A stretch of DNA of 64,000 bases, from NCBI RefSeq assembly GCF_009914755.1, contig NC_060941.1; one strand, given 5' to 3'. Origin of the DNA: the human T2T-CHM13v2.0 reference genome, Homo sapiens. A model generated the notes under the pieces. The model was given only the letters and a program-made list of their open reading frames with translations. It was not told where the DNA came from and did not search any database. A program made the position numbers and the translations under genes. This document shows, one piece after another, positions 26,800 through 39,000 of this stretch (position 1 is the stretch's first letter; the number at the start of each line of letters is the position of its first letter).

Positions 26800-27879
26800 A
26801 AGATTTTTGTGTGTTTGTTGAATTATTTCCTTAGGAAAAATTTCCACATGGAGTCTTAGGTCAAACCATCTGGCATTTTTGCCGGGGATAATCAAAATTC
26901 TGTCCCTGTTGTGTTTGTCTTGGTCCTATTTTATGAATTGACCTTCCTGAGCCTTGGCCAACTGATACCTCCACCTGAATTCAGAATACCTTTGTTGAAT
27001 TTCTGTTCTAGGGGACCTTTCTGCTCAGTTCACTGAGGTCGCTCTTCCCCACTTGCCTTGACCTGCCCTGCATCTCCCCTGTTCCTCTTCCTCTGCAGCT
27101 TGGGTTTGCACCTACTTCCATTCCTCCTCTGCCAACCCCACTCCACACAGTGGTTCTATTTTCTGTCATTTTCCTGCATATCTCTCATTTGCAATTCCCA
27201 CACCCACAGGACATCAAGCATCCAGAATAGATCTTTTAGTGTACAACAAAGTGGGGTTCAGGCCAGAACACACACACAGACAATGGGGAAGGGAGGGATG
27301 CATCACAGGATTCCTCCCCTCGGCTCTAACATGATGCTGGGCACCCAGGCCCAAGGGCTACTTGTCAAGAGGATTTACCAGTCCCTGCCTTTGACCTTGC
27401 TGTTGTCCCTGTCTGCAATTCATTTCCGCATTTCCTACAGTTTCTGGCTCCTCGAAAACTTTCCATACATTGGCTTCTGATTTACTGCATGCATAGACTA
27501 TTTCTATGGGAGAGCGGCTAATAAAATAGGAAAAACTCTAAAAAAGGATTTTTGCCGAACACTGCATGCCAGTGAGTTTCCTTAATTGCAGCATTAGGAA
27601 CATATGCAATTACTTTCATCGAGTTGATCTAACATAGTCATTTGGACCCTGGAAGAAGCCTAATCATTCTGGGAGGCCAGGCCCCTGTGTTAGAAGCTGT
27701 TGGCTGAACGATCTCATCCCTCTTAGTGACCGATGAACAAGTTCCTCTCTCAGAAGCCTGGCCTGAAACTAGAGGCTAGAGGGTCTCTGTCTGATGCTTC
27801 ACTCCTCTGAGAACCTCTCTGCCATGGTCAGCCTGCTGCGCTTAAGAGGGAAAGGCAAGAGGGAGTCAGTATTTAGGGA

Positions 27880-28120
27880 GTTTATTCATTAGACATGTCT
27901 CTCTTGTGAGAAGCTTAAATCTCATGCCTTATATTTTCTCCTCGTGGCCCTAATTTTGCCTTCCAGGAAAGAGCTGAGCAAGTCTAATCTTTTTTGTAGC
28001 GGCTTTTTGGACATTTAAGGATTAAGATCCTGTCTCCCTCTAATCTTCTCCCTGGCAGCTGAAATATCTCCAATTCCTTTAACCACTTTGCGTTTGCCAT
28101 TAGTCCTAGATCTCTTGCCA
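27880..28120 (-). mobile_element. CR1/L3 fragment
   Basis: tgtctccctctaatcttctccc...gctgaaatatctccaattcctttaacc, typical of reverse L3. Confidence 0.55.
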
Positions 28121-28154
28121 AAATAGGGCCTTGCTAGAAGTTGCAATACCCGTA

Positions 28155-28470
28155 ATGTAATAACACAGCTAGCATGTATTAAGTGTGCGTTATGCAGCAG
28201 GTTCTAAGTGTTTTACATCCGGGAATTCATTTAATCTGCACAGCAATTCCGTGTGGTGAGGGCTATTACTGTTCCCATTTCACGGATGAGGAAACTGAGC
28301 ACAGGCCATGATTGTTAAACTGTGAATTGGGTCCTGGTGCTGCTACTCACAAGTTGTGGTGCCTTCATCAAGTTACTTAGCCTCACTTTCTTCAACCATA
28401 AATGGGAATGATGAGCTCCACGTCATGGAGATGTGAAGATTCTAAGAGGAAGTGTGTACGAAGTCAGCAT
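28155..28470. mobile_element. Two MIR fragments (- then +)
   Basis: cccatttcacggatgaggaaactgag; caagttacttagcctcactttcttc. Confidence 0.75.
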
Positions 28471-29344
28471 AGGTTTTCTTCAGTCCTTTCTGGGGAAGGC
28501 TGTCCTTCAGTTTGACATTATCCTTCCCACATAGAAACTCAGAAAATCACACTCTGAATCTTTGGTCTCCTTCCTCTTGCCCAGGGTCACACCACCTTGT
28601 TGAGTGAACATACCTTTCCTTCCTTTGCCCCATTTAAAACAGTTGGCCCTGAGTAATTGAAGTCCTGCACAATCCAGAGTGAGGATTCTGGGGATTGTGG
28701 ACCTATGACATGGGCTGGCTTCTAACATTGGCACTGGTGAGCTGGGGGGACACATCTCTACCATCTGTGATCCATGTACACATGTGACAGTGAACTACTC
28801 CCAGCCTCTTTGCCTCTGTTCTCAGCTCTTTCAGAAGAGGGTGGTTGCTTTGTGGAATGGGGGAAAGCTGCCCAGATAGCTACTTGGTGCACTTTCCTCT
28901 CTGTACATAGCCTGCGTGGATGTGGGTCAAGGGCCCCCGTGCAGCCCTGCCCTCTAAGCCACAGAGGTTTCCAGCCACAGGCAGCTGAAATCTCTCCAGA
29001 ACCTTGGTTCTTTTTATGTCAGGGCTATAGTCAGTCAAGTTTTCCAAATGAGCAGTTATAGAAATACAAAACAGGCTGCTAATTTAGTAGCTACAGACTT
29101 CTTTAAACAAACACTTGAAGCATAAATACAGATGAGAGGATTTTGGAAACACTTGTGGTCACTGGGCCCAGCAAACAAAGGGGAGTTATGGTTTCTTCAG
29201 GCTCCAGGGTATGTGCTGGGCTCAGCCACACCGAAGGCTGGGCTTAGTCTTCACCTTTGCTCTGTACTGGGCTGTACATCCTCAGAGGGGAATGTAGCCT
29301 CCTTTGAATTTCCTGTCCTTCTTGTCATATATCTTCCCTTTAAA

Positions 29345-29480
29345 AGTTTTGTTTTGAAATGATGCTGTTGTAAGAAATAATATGGAGAGATCTGGGATAC
29401 GCTTCACCCAGTTTCCCCCAAGGGCATCCCCTGTCTTGGATAACTATAGTACAATCTCTCAACCAGGAAACAGATTTGAC
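29345..29480 (-). mobile_element. L1MC 3' fragment
   Basis: gttgtaagaaataatatggagagat...ttcacccagtttccccca...aactatagtacaat. Confidence 0.75.
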
Positions 29481-30384
29481 CGTGGGTACTTTTTGACCCT
29501 CTGTAGCTTCCATAGCTTTTCCTTTCTCTTCTAATTTCCCTTGCTTTCTTTCTCTCATTCTTTCTTGCCCCCTTCAGTCAGTCAAGGTTCTCTTACTGGC
29601 TGCTTTCCTCTTCCATTTTCTCCTCTTTTTTTACACTCCTTTCCTCCCGTGTTACTAGGACTAGCGCTCTGTTAAAGCTTCTATTTTAGCTGTGTCCTTG
29701 GGGAGAACCCAGAATCGGTCTGCCCTTGCCTTGCTGGGAACCCGCCATCCTTCCCCCAAGATAGCATTCTTACTCTCCCCTCCCTCCACCCTGTGCTGGG
29801 ATCTTAGCTGGAGAGACACTTCCAGGCCAGCTGCATTCAAGCCCACAAAACTCAAAAAGGATGAGTCGCTCCAGGATTGGGTTTACCCATCTGATTAGTA
29901 TCAACAGTGCTGACCCAAATGTACCCTATACAATGCTGTTCTGGCTCCCACTGACTACCCTCTGTAGAAGTTATTATAGTTAAGATACTCCTCTCAAAGG
30001 TGGGAGACTCTTACAGCCAACCTGATTCAATTTTCCCTTGTAGTTTGGAAAATTGAGACTCTGAAGCGAAAGGTTTGTCTAGATCCCATAGCCTGTGGCT
30101 AGGAAATGGTAAGCTGGGCCAGGACCTGCCCTTCTGGCTTCTCTTCCAGTGCCCCTCTCAATCACCAGGAACCACTGCCTTTCCCCAGACAGCAAAGGAG
30201 GGGGAAGCCCAAGCCAACAGCATCAGAGGCCTTCTGCGTGCCCGTTGTTTGGGGATCAGTAGGAAGGTCTTGGCCCTGTCTTTTCTCATGCTTTTCTTTG
30301 TTCCCTAGAGACAGTGACTTCTGAGATGAGGGCCTGTTAATAGGTGACTCCTCCATCATGCATGGGTCGTTGCCATGGTGATGA

Positions 30385-30585
30385 AGAGCTCATGTTTGGA
30401 GCCAAGACTAATGATCCTAGACTCTTAGAGATTGTGGCCTTGGGTGAGTCACTTTCTTTCCAAGCCACATATTCCTCCTCTTGCAAAAGGAGCATAACAA
30501 GACATTCTTCACACGAGTATTGAGATAGGTCAATGGAATAAGGTGCATTGGGTTTAGCTCAGGGATGGAGTCGCAGGAAGTGCAC
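30385..30585 (+). mobile_element. MIR
   Basis: tgtggccttgggtgagtcactt... Confidence 0.55.
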
Positions 30586-31094
30586 CTAGAACAGCAATGA
30601 AGACCATTCAGAAAACCCTCACGGCTGGGAAGCAGCATACACTGCAGCACACATTGTGGGGTCACACTGAGGTAGGAGCAATGGGGCTGGGGCTTAAAGC
30701 TGGACTGGACAGGACTTCCCTGAAAACTTAAGCCTGTGAAAACAGCAGGTAGCCCACACTGCCCACTTCGGAGCATTCTGAACTCCGCTTTCTTTTGATG
30801 AAACTTTTTCTCTCCCTAGCTCATTATTAGCTCACATGAGCTCTGCAGGTTAGATATGGAGATAGAAAGTGATGACGCCCTGTGTCTAGGGCATCACCCT
30901 GCTCACTCACAGGAAATCTTCCTCACTGATCCTGGTGGCCTCTGACCTGCTGTGCTCCAGGGTCTCTCTCTATACTCTTGTTCTCTCAGAAGTTCCCAAC
31001 TAAGTGATTCCTAAGTCTGACTGTGCATCAGAACCACCTGCAAAGAAGAAGTGAATTGAATTAAAGGTTTCTGGAGTGAGATTGTGGTTTCTAC

Positions 31095-31257
31095 ATAAAG
31101 CTGGAATGAGAGGGAGAGAAGTGAGGGGTCCAGGGTGCAAAATTTAGGGAGGCATCTGCTATCAGGATTGTCCAAATGCAAGTTCTGCCCCTGAGAGTGA
31201 GTGCCTCCTTAAATTTTGTGCCCTGGGGGGCTAGCTTGGTCCCTAGTTCTGTCCCTG
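31095..31257. mobile_element. MER91-like hAT-Tip100 MITE with an internal inverted repeat
   Basis: cagggtgcaaaatttagggaggca (31131-31154) pairs with tgcctccttaaattttgtgccctg (31202-31225). Confidence 0.75.
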
Positions 31258-32627
31258 TCTCTAGACCCAAATTTTAAAAATCTTGCCAGGGATTCTGATG
31301 GGTACCCAGGGGATAACACCAACCTGCTGCCTTGTTTGGCCCCTGATCATAACTGCTTTCAGTGCAGGCAGCATTCGTCCTGGTCCTGGGCAAAGAAGCC
31401 ATGTCCAAGTGCCATGGCCAACTCCCATCGTTATTCTCATCTTCTCGGAAACCAAGAAGGAGCATGATCCCAAGTCTCGAGTCTCCTCTTTGACTTTATT
31501 TTTCTCAGTTGCTAAACCAAATCAACTCCCTTCACCCCATCTGGCAGTATGGCTCTCTGGGAACTCAGATTGATCTTGCGTGCCTGTTTCCTATTGAGTT
31601 GGGGGACCACAGTGGCCGTTCCTGCTTCAATCCCTTCAGTAAGTAGGAGGGAGCATTTCCTAGGCTGGGTCCTAATGGCACCTAATGGTGCCAAAGGCCA
31701 GGCCCCCCACCCTCCTGAAGCTAACAGGGTAATGGGGGAGACACCACTAAGTACACATCCATTCCTGTGAACTGTGGGGAGGCCTGCCATGGAGAAGCAT
31801 AGGGAGCCAGGCCAGTGTAGAGAAAGGCACAACATCCACCAGCCTTAGGGATCCAAGAGCAAAGTCATTCCTGAGAAAGTGACATTGAGCAGAGTTCTCA
31901 GGATGGATTTGCTTGGCTGAAGGCAGATGGGAACATCCCAGGTACAAGGAAAAGCACCGACAAAGGCCCTAGACAGGTGAAGACTCAGAGAAGGGAAGGA
32001 GACCATCAATGTAGCCACAGAGGCAGATTGAACCCAGACTGCATGAACACCACATCACAGTCTTTCCCTACAAGCATTGGCCAAGTTTTGTGGAACTTTG
32101 GGCTGATGAATGACGCCACCTGATCGGCTTTATAAGGACATCAGGCAGCATTGTGCAAATTGATATAAGGGTAGGAAAGGCAGAAGAACAGAAAGCCATG
32201 GGCATTGTCTAGGAAAGACAGGATGAGGGCTTGGACCGGGCTATTGGAAGTAAACATGAAGAGAAAGGATGGCAAAAGTCTGCTGAGTCAATTTCTCCAA
32301 GCAGTTTTTCCCTCCTCCCCTCAAGGCTGGAATAGTGGCCCCTTCTCTGCTTCTATGGCACCCTTTGCTGTCCTGGATCAGGGCTCCTCTCCCACTGCGG
32401 TTGTCTTCCTCAGGATAGAAACTATGTCTTATTTTTAATTCTCACCACCAGTTCCTGCTATGTAGCAGTGCTCAGTCCACATCTAATGTTATAAAGTTTA
32501 GGGACTTGGCATGACTGAGGCTTCCCAGCCATCACCTGACAATTCAAATGCCCTCACCTTCTGAGCAGCTTCCAGTACATGGCTTGGAATGGGGGTCAAT
32601 TGCAGAAAAGGAAATAGTTATTGTAGG

Positions 32628-32929
32628 TTTTTTTTTTTTTTTTTTTTTAGATGGGGTCTCACTCTGTCGCCCAGGCTGGAGTGCAGTGATGCGAACTCAG
32701 CTCATTGCAACCTCCGCCTCCTGGGTTCAAGCAATTCTCATACCTCAGCTCCCCAAGTAGCTGGGATTACAAGTGTGCACCACCACGCCCAGCTAATTGT
32801 TCTATTTTTAGTAGAGACAGGGTTTCACCATGTTGGCCAGGCTGGTCTCAAACTCCTGACCTCAAGTGATCTGCCCACATCAGCCTCCCAAAGTGCTGGG
32901 ATTACAGGTGTGAGCCACCATGCCTGGCC
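32628..32929 (-). mobile_element. Alu (AluS-type)
   Basis: Poly-T plus reverse dimer; TSD tattgtaggttttt / tattttaggcttttt. Confidence 0.96.
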
Positions 32930-32959
32930 TATTTTAGGCTTTTTAAGTGTTTTTCCTGG

Positions 32960-33214
32960 TGCTCTGTGAGTCTCCTGAGAATGGGACCATAGCTGTTTGT
33001 TTACCATGGTACCCTCAGTGCCCAGCACTTTGCCTAGCCCACAGTGGATGCTCAGTGAACACATTGGATGTGATGGGGGGAAAGGCAGGGGTACTGCTTA
33101 GGCCATTGCTGGCTGCAAGTGTTAGAAACCCAAGTCAAAATAGGTAGTGGGCATGTGTGATTTGTCTCCACAGCATCCATGTCCCCTTCTTCAATGAATG
33201 AATGAATGAATGGA
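32960..33214 (+). mobile_element. L2 3' terminus split by a 123-bp insertion
   Basis: cagtgcccagcac...ctcagtgaacacattggatg, then the insert, then the aatgaatgaatgaatgaa tail. Confidence 0.75.
33070..33192 (+). repeat. Direct local duplicate of 35002-35123
   Basis: About 90% identity over 123 bp by hand alignment. Confidence 0.95.
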
Positions 33215-33699
33215 CAGCTTCCCTAGCCTTCCTTAAAATGCTGTCTTGCTCTGGGTCAAACCTTCTTGTTCTAGGTCACGAATCCAAGAAAGCCCTTACC
33301 TCCCTGGGCCCCACATGGGCATTTGGAGAAAGGGCCCATAGGGCTGTTTCCAATCAGTTGCCTCCTTTATCTTCTTCCATGTAGGGTTCACCTTGGGGTA
33401 TATAAATAGCAGGGAATTTTCTTGATGCAACTTTTTTTTTCATTTTTACAAGAATAGGTCAGAGGAAGGGCCCTGAGGGGAAGGTTGAAGGACCTCGAAG
33501 GAAAGAGCTGGCAAACAGTCAGCGAAAGCACACTTTCCTGAGATTCATTAGTTCCCTGAAGCAGTGGAAAGAATGCAGAGAAGTCTAGTTCTTATCTAAA
33601 ATAATCCCTGCTTCCCTTCTCCTGAGGATCCTGCCCCCACTAGGGCAGGGGGAGTGAAGAGGGGAGGGCACGAAGGTGCCATTGTGCTGGCCTATCACC

Positions 33700-33830
33700 C
33701 ACTTCACAAACCCAATCCACACACCTTACAATCGCCCTGAGGGAAGGATACTCAACTTACTTTTTTTCAGATAAAAAAAAGGAGGCTCAGAGAGGTTAAG
33801 TCACTTGCCTAAGGCCACACAGCTAGTCAG
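33700..33830 (-). mobile_element. MIR
   Basis: gaggctcagagaggttaagtcacttgcctaaggccacacagctagt. Confidence 0.8.
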
Positions 33831-33898
33831 AGAAAGTCACTAGAATGTCAGATATAGGCACCTAGAGAGTGTCACTAGAAGGCCAGATATGGGCACCT
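33829..33898 (+). repeat. 35-bp imperfect tandem duplication
   Basis: agagaaagtcactagaatgtcagatataggcacct / agagagtgtcactagaaggccagatatgggcacct (30/35). Confidence 0.9.
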
Positions 33899-35074
33899 CT
33901 CTTCCCCACAAGCTCTGAATTAAAGGAACGTGGTAAGTGATCCTACTGGAATAAAAACAAGAGGGCAATCACAGTGGGTGGCTATAGCCAAGGGAAGTTC
34001 CTCAGAGGAGGCCAGGCTCAAAAGCAATTCTCATGGAGCAAGGAGCATGATACCGAGGGAGATGAAGAAGGATGTGTGCTGTGTCTTTTGTCCACAAAGC
34101 ACTTCTGGAAATGGATAGAATCATCCCCATGTTTCAGATGAGAAAATTGAGGCCCAGAGACTTGAGTAATGTGCTCACAGTTGCTTCACTCGTGTGTCTG
34201 TTGTGCCCATGTGATCCGGGGTCCCTGCCCTCTGGGCTAGGAACGCTCCCACCAGGAACTGTTGAGCAATAATCCAAAGCTGGTTGTGATTCCGAGGCAA
34301 CTCAAGCAGCACAGACAGTGATTTCATCCCCAAAGAGCAAAACATCAAAACAGTTCAGAACAAGACAGGGAGTCAGGCAGTGTGGAGCGTGGCTGCTGTA
34401 GGTGGGAGACCAAAGAGCACGGGAGTTTGGAGGCTCTTGGGTGAGTGAGTGTTATGCCCAGAGAGACTCATGACTATTCAGGAGGCGTTGAAGCCTGTTT
34501 AGGAGCACTGCCCTGGGTGAGGGAAGAGCAGGGGAGCCGGGGCTGACAAGCACTTGTGAGGAAAGAAGGCGGCCTGGGGGAAAGAGTGCAGAGGGCCAGG
34601 CTTGAATGCACGGAGCTGCTCGGGTGAAGACTCAAGGAGCCCTTGCTCTGGTCCCGGCACTGCGCTGGGCTCTGGGATGTGGGAAGCATAAGGCACAGAG
34701 CCTTTCTCCGGGGCTCACAGGCCGTGGAAGTTCAGGATGATACCACGTGGAAAGTGCTGCAATGAATGCTCTTCCCAATGTTGTGGAAGCAAAGAGGAAT
34801 GAGTGTGTGTGTGTGCCATGGCCTTGGGGAGAGGCTTCCAGAGAAGGTGCCGTTGGACAGGGAATGAGAGGATGTGCATGGAGTATGTTAGAGATGCAGG
34901 GAACAGACATTTCCCAAAGAGAAAAGACATCATGACTAAAGCAAGTGCATGGTTTTACTGGGTTCTGAATCATAGAACTGTCTGGAAGACGAGGAGTTGG
35001 GGTGATGGGTGAAAGACAGGGGTACTGCTTAGGCAATTGTTGGCAGCAAGTGTTGAAAACCCAAGTGAAAATAG

Positions 35075-36044
35075 GTAGTGGGCATGTGTGGTTTGCCTCC
35101 CCAGCATCCATGTCCCCTTCTTCCAGCCACAGCTGGTTCCTTTTGTGTTTGTTTGATTGAAGTGGGGGTGTCTACATCTCCTCTACCCTCAGTCCCTCTG
35201 GTCCAGCTGGGACTTTCACAAGCAGCTCCAGGCTGAAGCACAGGATTCAGGCCTAAGCCAACTGGCAAAACATTTCCCCTTGTGTTGCAAGTTGAATTGT
35301 ATCACCTAAAAGTTTATATGTTGCAGTGCTAACTCCCTGTCTGTCAGTGTGACTTTATTTGGAAATAGGGGTCTTTGCAGATGTAATTAGGTCATTCTAG
35401 AGCAGGGAGGGGTGCTGATGAAAGAACACCATGTGAGATATAGACTCACAAACACAGGGAGAAGGCCACGTAAACACGAAGGCAGAGATCAAGGTGATGC
35501 ATCTATAAAGCCAAGGAGGGAGGCATGGAAAATATTGTTCCTCACAGCCCTCTGAAGGAACTGCCAACACCTTGATCTTGGACTTTGTCCTCCAGAACTG
35601 TGAGACAATATGTTTCTGTTGTTGAAGCCACCCAGTCTGTGGTACTTTGTTACGGAGACCCTGGAGAATGAAAACACCTGATGATACTGACTGGTTCTGT
35701 GTTGGGCAGCAGACCTAAGCTGGTTCAACCAGAGTGACACGTAACTTTTGCAGGTGTCACCTGCCATGCCTTTGGCCACTTTCTGTTGGATTGCACCTGA
35801 AGTTACAGCAGCTGCCACCATAAGGGCAAGCCTTTGAGAATGGAGGCCACAGAGAGGAAGCATTGCCGAGACGGAGAGAAAGAACCCAGGTCCTAATGAT
35901 GGTGTTGGCATACCTGCATCAGGCCGCGGCCAGAGCTAGCTCTCCTTCTAGACTGTGAAGTCATAGAAGCCAACAAGTTAACTTTTTGCATAAGCCAGTT
36001 TGGGTAAGTTTTCTCTAATTTTTGACAGAGTTTTGACTTACACA
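35075..36044 (+). mobile_element. LTR16-like (ERVL) LTR interrupted by MLT1B
   Basis: Start gtagtgggcatgtgtggtttgcctccccagcatccat; end gaagccaacaag...taagccagtttggg...tgacttacaca. Confidence 0.7.
35283..35676 (+). mobile_element. MLT1B-like MaLR LTR
   Basis: gttgaattgt...tttggaaatagggtctttgcagatgtaatt...ccagaactgtgagacaata...aagccacccagtctgtggtactttgttac. Confidence 0.88.
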
Positions 36045-39000
36045 GTTTAATTAAAAAAAAAGAAAAGAAAACGGGGAAAAGGATTTCCTAGAGGGAGGCT
36101 GAGACTACATACAGAAAAAAAATAAAATAGGAAGGAAAAGCTATAATAATCACAGCAGCTGCAGAAATCTTGGGAACTGTAAGTAGGAATACATTCGGCT
36201 GGCACATTCTCTTTTTTTCTCCTCCTTTTTTGAATGGGGTGAGGGGCAGGGGGTTTCCACGTGTGACAGCAGCATAGCAGCACAGTCATAATCACACCAA
36301 CATGATGTGACAGGCCAAAGTAGCAACTGCCAACTCTGGGATCACACCCTGAGAGTCTCAGTCCAGTTTCCAGAGACAGCTCAGGAAGTCCCAGGGGAGG
36401 GTTTTGATTGGCCCACTCAAGATCATCACAATGGCCCATGGAATGGCTCCTCCTTATCTGAGGCCTGGGACAGGCCTACAAGCTGCCATTGGGTCCATTC
36501 CAGGTCTGACACGTGATTCTCATTGTAGGAAACAGTAATTCTATGATCTGTTAGGAGAGGTTCAGAAAGAAGAGTTGCATGGTCAAATAGATGTGGGTGA
36601 CCTTGGATTCCCCAGTTACGTAGCTTGACCTCAGACTTCTCAGAGCCTTTAACATATTGTGTATGTTGAGGATTTCCAGGGGGCAGGGAATATGTGGGCA
36701 ACGTTCTGAAACTTATCCGATGATAAAACACCTTTATCCCAGAGTGTCTAAAGGATTATACCTTTTAATGGTAAGATGTGTGTTTTCCTCATGTTTGTTT
36801 TCTCCTCTGTATCTAGACTAGTAGATTGCACACAGAAGGCACTCAAAGCAATCCCAGAAGCCCAGTGCTGGAAAGGGCCTCACCATTCAGCTGGCCTGGT
36901 GTTCCTTGTATGTGAATGTGTTTATAGCGTCCCGCTACAACTCTCTCTGATATTACCACGTCTACACTAACTTAGTTGTTTTAGTATCGACATGGTGCCT
37001 CCCAGGCAACGCAGTGTCCTGGATGAGAACGGGATCCCTGATGCCTCCATGCTTCTGAGCACTCCCTGGTCTGCAGGGACCATGGGTGGCATCTGAATCC
37101 CCAGTGAAATTCCCTGAGCCTCACAGTCCCAGTGGGCCTTGTCTGTCACTGAGTTACAAGCCACACTCAATCCCTGGAGATGCTGAGTGCTGTTAATGGA
37201 CACGTGATGCCGGCTAAATAAAAATGATTTTCAACCTCCAGAAAGTATCTCAGCCGCTCACAAAGTCATCCACTGTGTCTCATTGTATGCACGTCTTGTT
37301 AGCTCCATGCTGTTCTTGATCTATAGCATCTCTGCTGCCTGTGCGTTGGGAGGCAGACACATGTCAGAAAATACAGACAGGGAAACTGGAAAATGCCAGT
37401 GCCAGCAGGGGCTCCAGTGAGCATCCTGCCCAACCCCTACCTTGTCTTTATTTGTTTTTACTCCTGTAAACACTGGCACAGAAAGGTAAAACAACTCGCT
37501 TGAAGTCACACAGCAAATAAGTGGCAGTGTTGAAACTTGTTAGTGCTAAGGTCCAGAAAAGAGTTAAATAAATGTTTCCTAAAATGTATTTCTAGAGAGC
37601 ACTGCTCTTTAGGTACCGTCGAATCCGTGTTGGAAACACTATTTGATATGATGTGCTTGGAGGGGGCACACTGCCTATCAGCATGGTAGAGGCTCTGAAC
37701 ACCCTGCAGTAAGGGATCCTGTTGCATTCTGTTTAACTAGTGTTTTCCAAATTCATGTGCCCAGGTAACTTGCCCTTCCTTTTCGTAAAAGGCCATCCTA
37801 AAGAATTAGTTCCTCAGTACCTAAACTTGAAGTAAGAGCCAGCCTTTGGCTTTGTCTGTATAGTTGTGGCATTGTGGAGGGCTGGGGTAAGGAGCCAGGT
37901 AGGGCAGGAGTGGAGAGCAGGGAGGAGGCTTGGAGGCCTTAGAGGGCCAGTGGCAAGAAAATCAACACTGGGGAAGCCTGGGCCTGAGTGTTTCCTTGAT
38001 CAATGGCTTTGCCTGTTTGCAGACGCATAAGAGTGCCAGGCCAGAGGAGGTGGCTTCAGGGTGGACCCTGACACCTGAAGGTGAAATCTAGTGAGTTCCA
38101 GGCTACTGTCAAGATCTAGGGGGAAGGGGTGGGGTTCCAAAGGGGATGGGCAAGGTAGGACTATGACTTCAAGGGGCAAGCAGTTGACACTATGTGGACA
38201 GTGATTCTCTATAAAAAGGGGATGGCAGAGCATGGAAACAGGACTGAACTCCCACAAAACAGGGTGGTGGCAACATTAAGGGGGCATGCCCTCTAGGAAG
38301 GCAGTGGGGACACTAGGGAGATGTTCCTGCTGTGTCTGAGTACCAGTGCCCTGGGGGACAGAGACATCCCAAGTACCTGGGGTTCTGGGCAGATGTGGAG
38401 CAATTGGATGCTCAACTTCTCCTGGGTTACACCTCTGGGGTTATACCCGCATTTGGGGCATAATAACCTGCAGGCCCAGTAGAGCTGGCCGCTAGCTTGG
38501 AGCAAAGAGGGCTTCCAAACTCCAGGGAGAGGGCAAGGGCAATTAGCCAGTCCATCTGTGCTTCCAGGAGAATGGCAGATTATAGCTGACAGATTCCTGA
38601 ATACTCATTGTCAACGACTGGAGTAGACCAGTGTCCAGGCTCACATCAGGGCAGGAACCCAGAAACCCGGGTTACAATCCCAACCATGCCACCAAACAGC
38701 TCTATTTTCCCATGAAATCAGTTCTTCTTTTTCTGGGTCCCAGTGTCCGCATCCTTAAAATGGGTTGGCCTCAATTATTTCTTGATTTCCTTCGATAACT
38801 TTTAAATTCTCTGGCCATGCAAGTCACCCCTCAACTGATCTTCTGTCTGCTTGTGTTACAGGTTCCACACATCACTGTTCCTTCTTCTTTTGTAGATCTA
38901 AAATGAGACTCTTACCCTAGAATTATAAAAGAGAAAAATTTTTACAGGAAGGCGCATTTAAGAAAATTTTCAAGGAAGGCACATTTGAGAAATACAGCTT

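Noticed and set aside
31131-31225. 24-bp-arm hairpin as a possible miRNA precursor
   Set aside because: Matches the internal inverted repeat of a MER91-type MITE
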